Shown here: one piece after another, positions 1 to 9,209 of the stretch
How positions within the stretch are numbered: position 1 is the stretch's first letter
How the letters are laid out: every line of letters starts with the position of its first letter
Source of the DNA: Bacteroidales bacterium
GTDB lineage: Bacteria > Bacteroidota > Bacteroidia > Bacteroidales > UBA12077
Reading direction: 5' to 3'
DNA length: 64,000 bases
Assembly (NCBI GenBank): GCA_028282585.1
Contig: JANQHR010000046.1
Location: forward strand, 57,021 to 121,020
The notes under the pieces: model-generated
What the model saw: the letters and a program-made list of their open reading frames with translations, nothing else
What the model was told of the DNA's origin: nothing
Database searches by the model: none
Program-made: the position numbers and the translations under genes

Positions 1-2173
1 AATAAACAACAATATATTTTTGACCTGTTTTATCATCAAAATTTATAACAACCGATTCTTTGATCTCTTGAATTTTATTTAATATCTTTTCAATCTCGCC
101 TAATTCTACTCTAAATCCTCTAATTTTAACCTGGTGATCTATTCTACCCAAGAATTCAATATTTCCGTCGGGCAACCAGCATCCTTGATCTCCTGTTTTA
201 TATAACAAATCTTTCATTGAACCGGCAAGCTTATTTACAATAAACTTACTATGAGTTAACTCTACTTTGTTTAAATATCCTCTAGCCAATCCTTCTCCTG
301 CAATACATATCTCTCCAGGAACTCCTATTGGGCACAGCTCATTATATTTATTTGTAATAAAAATCCTCGTGTTACTTCGCGGTTTTCCAATTAATGAAAT
401 CTCATTATCTGATTTTCCCGAGAAATGATATGTAGTAGCTTCAACAGAAGCTTCGGCTGGTCCATAAGCATTTATTATCTTACCATTCCAATTTAGATAT
501 TTTCTGCTATTTTTAACAATTTCGATGGGTATATATTCGCTTCCTAAGGATAGGTGACTAAGATCTGGCAAAATTTCTCTATTTGAATCTAACTCTATCA
601 TATTAAAAATTTCTTTCATCACAACTGGTACCTCATCAATATTATTAATATGATTATTTCTAAGATAATTAATATAGCTACTGATATCTAGCCTCAATTC
701 TTTTTTAATAAGATGTAAAGTTCCCCCTGAAATTAAAGGAGGGAATATTTGCTGAATAGCACCATCAGAAGCATAAGAGTTAGATAATAATACTTGAAAA
801 TCCTTTTTATGACCAAATTCCTTTATTGCCCATAAATTAAACTCTAAAAATGATTTATGTTCTATCAAAATTCCTTTAGGTACACCTGTAGTTCCAGAAG
901 TGTACATGATATATGCAATGGAGGTTAACCATTCCTCATTTCCTTTACAATTAATGCCTTCCGATCGTAATTCCGTTTTTATAATCTTATTTACATTAAT
1001 TATCCTTTCCGATGGTAATTCTAATTCCTTGATTGTTAACCTATCAGTAATTAAGTATTTTGAATTACTATCTTTTAATATAAAATTGATTCTCTCAACC
1101 GGATTTGAAATATCTATAGGTAAATATGCTGAACCTGCACGTAACACACCTAATATTGCTATAACCATTTCAATAGATGTACTGCAAAGAATCGAAACAA
1201 TATCATTGGACTTGATACCTTTTTTACATAAGTCAGAGACAACATTTGAAGATTTCTCAAATAATTCTTTATAAGTAATTTTTTTGTCTTCTAATATTAA
1301 AGCTGTACTATTAGGGGTTTTCGCTGCCTGCTCTTCAAAAAGTTGAGGAATTAGTTTAACCTTCGGGAACTCGGTTCTTGTATCATTAAACTCCTGTATT
1401 ATAAGCTTTTGTTCTTCAAAACTTAAACTAGTTACTTCTTTTAATGATCTATTCAAATCATAACAAAAAATCTGCTCAAAAATATGTACTAAGTTTCTTG
1501 AAATTCTTTCTATTAAATCCAACGAATAACTAAAAGAATCATAATTGATATTACAATCTATATTTAAACCATCATTATTAAAATTAAATATTAAACCACA
1601 GTTGAAATCTGCAATAGATTCTGAATGATGGAAATCATTTAACATAACAACAACATCAAATAAAGAGCTTTGATTTCTATTATTGAATTTACCTATTTGT
1701 TTTATCAGTATGTCAACAGGGTAATTCTGGTTACTTGTAGCTTCAATAATTGAATTTCTAATATTTGATAAAAAAGATCGTACGGAAAGACTTTTGCTAA
1801 TCTCGATATATATTGGTAATACCGTATTTATCACATTCTTGGTATAACTTTCATTTTTTATAGGAATTCCAATAACCGTATCTTTATTACCGGTATATGC
1901 CTGAAGTAGAAGAAAAATGCCAGATGTTAACATTACATGAAGCCTTTCTTTGTTACCTCTACTAAACTTTCTTATTGGTTCAGATATTTTTGTACTGAAT
2001 TTAATATTATATGTATCATATTTGCAAACATTCCCACTATTTACTCTATTTTCTCTTTTATCAAAAGGAATACAACTAATAGATTCAATATCAGAAAGTT
2101 TATTTAACCAATAAGATCTTTCCCTGAACTGCTGAAAGGCCCAGACTCTTTTATCCAGATCAGAAACACTCAT
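1..2173 (-). CDS. NRPS subunit, 3'-truncated by the window edge: N-terminal half-C domain plus A domain
   Basis: Absent from the ORF track (no stop in window). My translation from ATG at 2173 begins MSVSDLDKRVWAFQQFRERSYWLNKL and contains A-domain motifs IAYIMYTSGTTGVPKG, NAYGPAE, YKTGD and GRIDHQVKIRGFRVELGEIE. No HHxxxDG precedes the A domain. Specificity code read by eye is about DGQDSGAVE, which I cannot assign. Confidence 0.9.
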   Translation of the reverse strand, partial: MSVSDLDKRVWAFQQFRERSYWLNKLSDIESISCIPFDKRENRVNSGNVCKYDTYNIKFSTKISEPIRKFSRGNKERLHVMLTSGIFLLLQAYTGNKDTVIGIPIKNESYTKNVINTVLPIYIEISKSLSVRSFLSNIRNSIIEATSNQNYPVDILIKQIGKFNNRNQSSLFDVVVMLNDFHHSESIADFNCGLIFNFNNDGLNIDCNINYDSFSYSLDLIERISRNLVHIFEQIFCYDLNRSLKEVTSLSFEEQKLIIQEFNDTRTEFPKVKLIPQLFEEQAAKTPNSTALILEDKKITYKELFEKSSNVVSDLCKKGIKSNDIVSILCSTSIEMVIAILGVLRAGSAYLPIDISNPVERINFILKDSNSKYLITDRLTIKELELPSERIINVNKIIKTELRSEGINCKGNEEWLTSIAYIMYTSGTTGVPKGILIEHKSFLEFNLWAIKEFGHKKDFQVLLSNSYASDGAIQQIFPPLISGGTLHLIKKELRLDISSYINYLRNNHINNIDEVPVVMKEIFNMIELDSNREILPDLSHLSLGSEYIPIEIVKNSRKYLNWNGKIINAYGPAEASVEATTYHFSGKSDNEISLIGKPRSNTRIFITNKYNELCPIGVPGEICIAGEGLARGYLNKVELTHSKFIVNKLAGSMKDLLYKTGDQGCWLPDGNIEFLGRIDHQVKIRGFRVELGEIEKILNKIQEIKESVVINFDDKTGQKYIVVY

Positions 2174-2232
2174 GCTAATCAATAATTAAAAGCTATTATT
2201 ATACTTCTTAATTGCTTATCTTACTATGATGG

Positions 2233-3354
2233 TTAGTTTGAAACGAAACTCTCTAATAAATCAATTGCTTCATTGAATTTAATAGATTCTATTCCGTAAT
2301 TTATTCTAAAGTGATTATTTTCACCAAAAACATTACCGGGGAGTAATGAAACATTTTTACTTTTTAAGAGTTTTTGGCAAAATTCATTTGAATTGATGTT
2401 ACCTTTAATTTTTGGAAAAGCAACTAGTCCTCCCTGAGGTTCCACATACTCAAAAATATGACGATATTTATGCATAAAGCTATTTAATGTAGCTACATTA
2501 CTTAATATTTGTTCTTTAATATGCAGTAATAACTTAGCTCTATTTCTCAAAATAATTAAAGCCAGATAATCACTAATAGGTGAGGTTACATGTGTTAAAT
2601 AATGCTTATATTCTCTGCATTCTTCTATAATTTCCTGATCTGAAATTAACCAACCTATTCTTAAACCATTTACACCAAAACATTTTGTAATTGATCCGGT
2701 TGCTGCAACTTTTTTATGAATTTTATAACATATATCAAATCCTGACAACATCAAATCAGTACCAGACTGCAATGGTAAAAACTTATAATGTTCGTCAAAT
2801 AATAAATAAATATTATGCTTCTTAGCCATATAAGAAATAGCTTTTACTAATTCAATATCAAGTTTAGAGCCAGTTGGATTGTGTGGGTTATTGATTATTA
2901 ACAACTTTGTTTTAGGAGTAATTATCGATTCAAGGGTTTCTAAACAGGGTATATAATTTGATTTCTGTTTTAAATCTAAATATTTAATTTCACAGCCTAT
3001 GGCTTTTGGCAGTTCCGATAAAGTCTGAAACTCCGGATACTCTACTATTACTTCATCACCAGGATTTAATATTGAATTAAAAAAAGTAAATAATGCTTCA
3101 GTAACGCCAGTAGTAACTAATACGTTTTCCACATTGACATTTTCATAACAAGAAATTATTTCTTTTCTAAGTTCAATAGATCCTCTAGTATCAGGGTTCA
3201 TTAAATTAATTTTTTTGAGATTATTAATATCTTCATTACAAAGTTCTAATATTTCATTTAATGTAAAATCAACATACCCACTTTCTGCCAAATTATATCT
3301 AATAAATTGATTATCAGCCAACCAGTCTTCCATAATTAATTTGTCAATTTTCAT
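2233..3354 (-). CDS. PLP-dependent fold-type I (class I/II aminotransferase-like) enzyme, resembling the VioD/CmnD capreomycidine synthase group
   Basis: Motifs INNPHNPTG, FDEHY and GSITKCFGVNGLRIGW (PLP lysine). N-terminus MEDWL...NLAESG. Its start overlaps the stop of the upstream radical SAM gene by 4 bp. Confidence 0.85.
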   Translation of the reverse strand: MKIDKLIMEDWLADNQFIRYNLAESGYVDFTLNEILELCNEDINNLKKINLMNPDTRGSIELRKEIISCYENVNVENVLVTTGVTEALFTFFNSILNPGDEVIVEYPEFQTLSELPKAIGCEIKYLDLKQKSNYIPCLETLESIITPKTKLLIINNPHNPTGSKLDIELVKAISYMAKKHNIYLLFDEHYKFLPLQSGTDLMLSGFDICYKIHKKVAATGSITKCFGVNGLRIGWLISDQEIIEECREYKHYLTHVTSPISDYLALIILRNRAKLLLHIKEQILSNVATLNSFMHKYRHIFEYVEPQGGLVAFPKIKGNINSNEFCQKLLKSKNVSLLPGNVFGENNHFRINYGIESIKFNEAIDLLESFVSN

Positions 3355-4319
3355 ACAAGTGCTCCTTTCTTTTTACCGATCAAATCTTTACACTCACAGA
3401 ATAATCCTTTTAAACCTGATACATCTTGTGTCTTATTAAAAAATTCGATTTCCCGCCGAATATTTTCATCACATTTTGGACAAGAATTAGGCATTCTATC
3501 TTTAGAAAGGTTTTCATCGCTTAAACCAACAAAAATACAACCTTCCTGATGTGTTTTTAATATTACTTCAACAACACTCCAAAGGTTTAGCATTCTATAT
3601 TCGGATTGTAAATATAATTTCTCAAGGTTTGAATCTTCTGATATGAAAACCGGCTCAAATGCTACTCGCGCATTTATCTCGTACTTTTTAGCAACTGAAA
3701 ATACATATTTTGCACTTTGAACCGCATCATCGACAGCTTCACTTTCTGTTAGAGTTGGTGGTTTAATTAAAAGATAAACCAATAATGTACAACCTGATTC
3801 TTTTAGTGTCATAACAGTTTTCTCAAAGTCCTCTTTTGATAAGTTTTTATTTATTACTGTGTTTCTTACATAATCGTTAGCACTTTCAAGTCCAATTCCA
3901 AAATCTAATATTTTATTTTTTAGAACTTTTTTACACTCAGCTAATTTTTCAATGGTAACATACTCAGCTCTCGACTCAATAGAAACTCTCTTTATATGAG
4001 GAATATCTGCAATCATTTTAAGCAAAGTTACTCTTGTTTGGGGATTAACTTCACTATCATTCAAAAAAGATCCAAGTGTTAGTAAATCAATTTCACCAAC
4101 ATCGTTAAGATCATGTGTTTTTAATGTTCTTTCAAATTGCATTATAATATCATCTTGGGATATGTTGTTACCTGCATTCTTTATAAATCCACAAACAGTA
4201 CAACCACCATGATTTTGTCGTGCATATTCACATCCTGTAGTTTTCAACACTACCATAAGTCTATTCGTGTTTATACCATTTATGTTAACAGGACTTATTC
4301 TACTAAAAGCTGGTTCCAT
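3351..4319 (-). CDS. Radical SAM protein of the archaeal TIGR01210/RaSEA-like family
   Basis: Expanded cluster motif GCEYARQNHGGCTVCG, plus GSFLND, IESRAEY, GIGLESAND, YLLIKPP and C-terminal CPKC/CEC motifs typical of that family. Confidence 0.75.
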   Translation of the reverse strand: MEPAFSRISPVNINGINTNRLMVVLKTTGCEYARQNHGGCTVCGFIKNAGNNISQDDIIMQFERTLKTHDLNDVGEIDLLTLGSFLNDSEVNPQTRVTLLKMIADIPHIKRVSIESRAEYVTIEKLAECKKVLKNKILDFGIGLESANDYVRNTVINKNLSKEDFEKTVMTLKESGCTLLVYLLIKPPTLTESEAVDDAVQSAKYVFSVAKKYEINARVAFEPVFISEDSNLEKLYLQSEYRMLNLWSVVEVILKTHQEGCIFVGLSDENLSKDRMPNSCPKCDENIRREIEFFNKTQDVSGLKGLFCECKDLIGKKKGALV

Positions 4320-4348
4320 AATTTCTCAATTTATTAAATTATATATTA

Positions 4349-5899
4349 TTAGAAGTTACCAAAGGAATCACCATACTGTGAGTCTATAAGGGAAACATTT
4401 TCTTTTGCCACAATTATTTCATTAATAGTGATACTAGTATTATTAATGACTTGATTGACAATCTCTTTAAAGTATGTTATTATTTTATCAATTGTTTCAG
4501 ACTTAAATAATCTGATACAGTAAACAAAGCTTATAACTATATCATCTTTTGTTTCAACTACGTCTAATATCAAATCAAATTTCGCTACACTTTTAACATG
4601 AACTAAATCGTTCTGAGAATTTTGGAAATTATCTTGTAAATCACCTACATTCAAGACATTAAACATAGTATCAAAAATTGGATTTCTGCTAAAATCTCTA
4701 GTTATATTTAATTTCTCAACTAAGTCTTCAAACTGATAATCTTGATTTTCGTAAGCTGATAATGTTCTACTTACTAAATCCTTAAGAAAATCGTTAAAGC
4801 ATAAGTCGTACTTTGGATAATTCCGTAATGGTATTGTATTTACGAATATTCCTATAATTTTTTCCAAATCCGGATGGCTTCGTCCTGCTATAGGTAATCC
4901 AACGACTATATCTTGCTGTCCGGTTATTTTTGAAAGTAAGATATTGTATAAGGCTAATAATGTCATGCTAATTGTTGAATTAGACTTTTTACATAATTCT
5001 CTGATTTTGGATGTAATAGATTTACCTAATAAAAAACTTACAGTGGCTCCCTCATAGCTCTGTGTTTCTGGTCTAGGAAAGTCATATGGCAAATCAAGTG
5101 TAGGAATATTATTGCTAAAAATTTCTAGCCAGTAATCTTCCTGCTTTTTCGTTTCTATATCATTCAGTTTACTATTTTGCCATTCTGAATAATCTTTATA
5201 TTGTAACCTAGAATATTTAATACTTTTTCTATTTAAAAGATTTATTAAATCTTTCCTTAAGAGCTCCATTGATATTCCATCTGATATGATGTGATGCATA
5301 TCAACTAATAAATAACATTTACCTTCCTTTTCTTTTATTAACGCAACTCGAAATAATGGAGCTTCATTTAATTTAAATGGCTTAACAAATTGTACGAAAA
5401 CAGAATCAATTTCCTTGGTATTCTTAATTTCAAATAGATCTATGTCATAAGAAAGATTCTCTACAATTTTTTGCTTTGGATTATCATTATACAATTCAAA
5501 TGAAATTCTAAAGCTTTCGTGTTTTTGTATAATCTTTTCTACAACAACTTTTAATTCATCAATATTTATATCATTAATAGGAAGTAACTGAGGCATATTA
5601 TAAGCAGTACTTGATATATCCATCTGTTGAAGAATATATATTCTCTTTTGTGAAGAAGATAAATTATAATATTCCTTTTTCTCAGCACAGGAAATACCAG
5701 TATGAACCTTTTTTACTACTTTCTTACTAAGAAAATTTAAAAGATCTCTTTTATTATATTTTATTTCTTCTAAAATATCCGCACTTAAAACACCTTTGGG
5801 AGCATTAATTTTTAACTGGCCATTTACATTTTCTATGTATACACCCAAATTATTAAGCTTAGTTACTAAACCTATTACATTATTAATATCTGTTTTCAT
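4349..5899 (-). CDS. Stand-alone NRPS condensation domain with N-terminal TubC-type beta-hairpin docking domain
   Basis: N-terminal LNNLGVYIENVNGQLKINAPKG...EEIKYNKRDLLNFL, then LSSSQKRIY, active site MHHIISDG and C-terminal tail GDSFGNF. No A or T domain. Confidence 0.9.
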   Translation of the reverse strand: MKTDINNVIGLVTKLNNLGVYIENVNGQLKINAPKGVLSADILEEIKYNKRDLLNFLSKKVVKKVHTGISCAEKKEYYNLSSSQKRIYILQQMDISSTAYNMPQLLPINDINIDELKVVVEKIIQKHESFRISFELYNDNPKQKIVENLSYDIDLFEIKNTKEIDSVFVQFVKPFKLNEAPLFRVALIKEKEGKCYLLVDMHHIISDGISMELLRKDLINLLNRKSIKYSRLQYKDYSEWQNSKLNDIETKKQEDYWLEIFSNNIPTLDLPYDFPRPETQSYEGATVSFLLGKSITSKIRELCKKSNSTISMTLLALYNILLSKITGQQDIVVGLPIAGRSHPDLEKIIGIFVNTIPLRNYPKYDLCFNDFLKDLVSRTLSAYENQDYQFEDLVEKLNITRDFSRNPIFDTMFNVLNVGDLQDNFQNSQNDLVHVKSVAKFDLILDVVETKDDIVISFVYCIRLFKSETIDKIITYFKEIVNQVINNTSITINEIIVAKENVSLIDSQYGDSFGNF

Positions 5900-6020
5900 G
5901 TATATATTCTAGCAGGAATTACTTGCCAAACGATTAAAATACTACTAATAAGACAACTAGATAATTACTATGTTTTATTATTAGAAAGTATTTTAGTTTA
6001 AAATTTAACTGAGTTTGATA

Positions 6021-9000
6021 CTATATAATCACATTTTCGTACTCTAAATCTTCCAATAAATTATCAGAAGTTTTCATGTTACTTATAATTACTGCAATCT
6101 CTTCAATTGTTGAAACTTGAAAAATATCCTTTAATGAAAAAGTAATATTAAATGTCTCATTAATCTTATTTATTAACATTGCGGCTTTAAGAGAATGCCC
6201 CCCTATTTCAAAGAAACTTACATTTACACCAATTTCTGTAGTGTTTAGATTTAATATTTCAGCCCAGATTTCGGTAAGTTTCCTTTCTGTATCATTTCTA
6301 GGATTAACTAACTTATTTTTAGGTTCTATCGTTATGTTAGGTAGTTGTGCTTTATCAACTTTCCCATTTTTTGTTAAAGGAATATGATCCACTTCCATAT
6401 AATATGAAGGAACCATATAATCTGGCAACTTATTTAATAAAAATTCTCTTAAATGTAAATCAGCATCAACATTCTGAGATTCCTTAACGTAATATGCACA
6501 TAGAAACTTATCATCATCAATCTCCGCATCAACCACTACTATATCTTTTATCGAGTCATGTTTTAACAAGTTATTCTCTATTTCTCTCAACTCTATTCTA
6601 AAACCTCTCAATTGAACCTGTGAATCTACCCTCCCAAGGTATTCTACTTCTCCATTAAAAAGTACTCTACCTATATCTCCTGTCTTATACATTCTTTCAC
6701 CTGAATTGAAAGGATTTATAATGAATTTTTCATTGGTTAAATCTTCCCTTCCGATATATCCTAAACTAACACCATTTCCAGCTACATATATTTCACCAGG
6801 AATTCCGAATGGTTGAACATGCATGTCACGATTTAAAATATACATTCTTAATCCGGGAATTGGTTTTCCAATATTACATATTCCATTTTTAACATCTTTA
6901 GAAGAAATCTTCTTAAATGTTACGTGAACTGTTGTTTCTGTTATCCCATACATATTAACTAATGAAGTACAAGGATATTTTTCCATCCAAGATTCAAGCT
7001 TAGAGAAATGTAATTTATCACCCCCAAAGATCACATAACGTATACTTTTCAAATTGTTTACCTGAGTTTTATCTTCATCGATTAAATTATAAAATATAGG
7101 TGGGACCTGGCTTAAAACGGTAACACGCTCTTTTTGTAGTAGTCTATAAAAATTACTCATATCTACAGAATTCATTTTATCAACTATAACTAGCTTGCAA
7201 CCATTAAGTAATGTTCCAAATATTTCCCATACTGAAAAATCAAACGTATGTGAATGAAACAATGTCCATATATCGCTATTATTAAATTCAAATAATGTTT
7301 TACAACTTTCTAATAAACTTATAACATTTTTTTGTTGTACTTTAACTCCTTTAGGTTTACCTGTTGACCCGGATGTGTAAATGATATAAGCTACATCGGA
7401 TGCAGACCAATCTTTCGTATAAACCGGATTTGACTCGTTTTCAGGAAAATTATCAATTGTAATTAATTTCTTATTGAAAACAATATTATGAGAATATTTA
7501 GATCTTGTAATAACCATATCAACATTACTATCTTCAAGTATAGTCTGTGTTCGTTCATTAGAGTAAGTGGCATCCAAGGGTAAGTAAGTAGCTCCTGATT
7601 TTAGAACAGCTAAAATTGCGATTATAACATCAATAGATTTTTCTAAGTAAACACCCACGATATTTCCTTTACCAACTCCAAATGTAGAAATACTAACTGC
7701 CCACTTCTCAGCTTTTGCATTTAACTCTTTATATGTAAGTTGTTGATCTAAATAGGAAACTGCAATTTTATTAGGTACTTTAGTTACTTGCTTTTCAAAT
7801 AGATTCTGTAAAGTATCCTCTTTTAAGTTTATATTTTTATAATTATTCAGTTTGTTTAAAATTGAAGTTTTCTCATCTTCAGAAATTAATTCTATAGAAG
7901 AAATTTTCTTATTTGGATCATCTAATAGTTTATCTAATAAACTTATATAATGACCAATAAATAAGCTTATTGTATTTTCATTAAAATAAAGTTCATTGTA
8001 TACCAGGATTGCATTTAGACTATTACCTTCTTTTCTAATTTTTATATTAATATCATACTTTCCTAGACCTAAATTTAAATCCTTAATTTCAATTTTTAAT
8101 CCTTCAACTTGTGGACTTTCCAGAGCTTCTTCGTTAAACTGAAATAAAATGTCGAATAAAGCTGTTCTGCTCATATCCTTTTCCGGATTGAGTTCATTTA
8201 CCAGTTGTTCAAAAGGTAAGATCTTATACTTATTAGTTTCATTTAAGGTTTTTTTTACATGTTTACAATATTCTGTAAAATTTACACCTTCGTCTAAATA
8301 AGTTCTTATTGCAACTAAGTTCGATATAGGTCCTATAATATCTTTTAAAGGTTGAATGTCACGATTATTAAAACTTGTTCCTACAACTATTTCATCATTA
8401 TTACAGTATTTGTTTAATAAAATGTTAAAAGCAGACAATAAAACAGATTCAATATCTCTCTCATTATCAAAACAAAAGCTCATTATTTTTTTACATATAT
8501 AATCTGGAATTTTAAAATTACAACCAGCACTTTTATAAACATGTACATTAGCTCTTTTTCTATCTTCTGGCAGCTCCATTACAGGTAATTTACCTTTAAG
8601 CTGGTTTTTCCAGTATGGTAGAGATTGTTCTTTAATTTCTTGTATAGAATCTATTTGCCAATTAGTATAATCACGATAATTAATTTTTTTAGCTCCGTAA
8701 GTGTCAGTCTTGTCATTAATAGTTTTATTATAATTATTAAATATTTGTTGAGCAAGTAGTTTTAAAGAATAAGTATCAATAATTAAGTGATGTGCAACGA
8801 TTACAAGAATATACTCAGTATCTGATAAACTATAAACTTTGCTACGAATTAATAAATCTTCTTCCAGATCGAAAGGTTTTTCAAGATATTCTTCAAATAA
8901 TTTACCAAAATCATATTCTGAAATTGATTCTTGTTCTAAAATAAATTCAATTTCATTTTTTATGTATTGAAATGGTTTATTATTTTCAATCAGTAGTCCT

Positions 9001-9209
9001 GTTCTTAATATTTTATTTCCCTGTATTTTATTTCGAATACTGTTACATAGAGCTTCATAATTAAGCTTACCATTAATATTAATTATAATTGGAATATTAT
9101 GGTAAATTGGACCAGAGCTATATAATGTTCCTTTTTCAAAATTATCAATAAACCAGATTCTTTCTTGATGAAAGGATGCTGGAAATATATTTTCTTTATT
9201 TATCTCCAT
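6021..9209 (-). CDS. NRPS module C-A(Thr-like)-T
   Basis: C domain with atypical HHLIIDTYS. A motifs YTSGSTGKPKG, FDFSVWE and NMYGITETTVH give a code of about DFWSIGMVHK (Thr consensus DFWNIGMVHK). T motif FFEIGGHSL. Confidence 0.9.
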   Translation of the reverse strand: MEINKENIFPASFHQERIWFIDNFEKGTLYSSGPIYHNIPIIININGKLNYEALCNSIRNKIQGNKILRTGLLIENNKPFQYIKNEIEFILEQESISEYDFGKLFEEYLEKPFDLEEDLLIRSKVYSLSDTEYILVIVAHHLIIDTYSLKLLAQQIFNNYNKTINDKTDTYGAKKINYRDYTNWQIDSIQEIKEQSLPYWKNQLKGKLPVMELPEDRKRANVHVYKSAGCNFKIPDYICKKIMSFCFDNERDIESVLLSAFNILLNKYCNNDEIVVGTSFNNRDIQPLKDIIGPISNLVAIRTYLDEGVNFTEYCKHVKKTLNETNKYKILPFEQLVNELNPEKDMSRTALFDILFQFNEEALESPQVEGLKIEIKDLNLGLGKYDINIKIRKEGNSLNAILVYNELYFNENTISLFIGHYISLLDKLLDDPNKKISSIELISEDEKTSILNKLNNYKNINLKEDTLQNLFEKQVTKVPNKIAVSYLDQQLTYKELNAKAEKWAVSISTFGVGKGNIVGVYLEKSIDVIIAILAVLKSGATYLPLDATYSNERTQTILEDSNVDMVITRSKYSHNIVFNKKLITIDNFPENESNPVYTKDWSASDVAYIIYTSGSTGKPKGVKVQQKNVISLLESCKTLFEFNNSDIWTLFHSHTFDFSVWEIFGTLLNGCKLVIVDKMNSVDMSNFYRLLQKERVTVLSQVPPIFYNLIDEDKTQVNNLKSIRYVIFGGDKLHFSKLESWMEKYPCTSLVNMYGITETTVHVTFKKISSKDVKNGICNIGKPIPGLRMYILNRDMHVQPFGIPGEIYVAGNGVSLGYIGREDLTNEKFIINPFNSGERMYKTGDIGRVLFNGEVEYLGRVDSQVQLRGFRIELREIENNLLKHDSIKDIVVVDAEIDDDKFLCAYYVKESQNVDADLHLREFLLNKLPDYMVPSYYMEVDHIPLTKNGKVDKAQLPNITIEPKNKLVNPRNDTERKLTEIWAEILNLNTTEIGVNVSFFEIGGHSLKAAMLINKINETFNITFSLKDIFQVSTIEEIAVIISNMKTSDNLLEDLEYENVII

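Noticed and set aside
5935-5995. Imperfect inverted repeat in the intergenic gap (taaaatact...agtatttta)
   Set aside because: Almost all A/T with bulges, which is expected by chance at this composition, and there is no GC stem; not called as a terminator.
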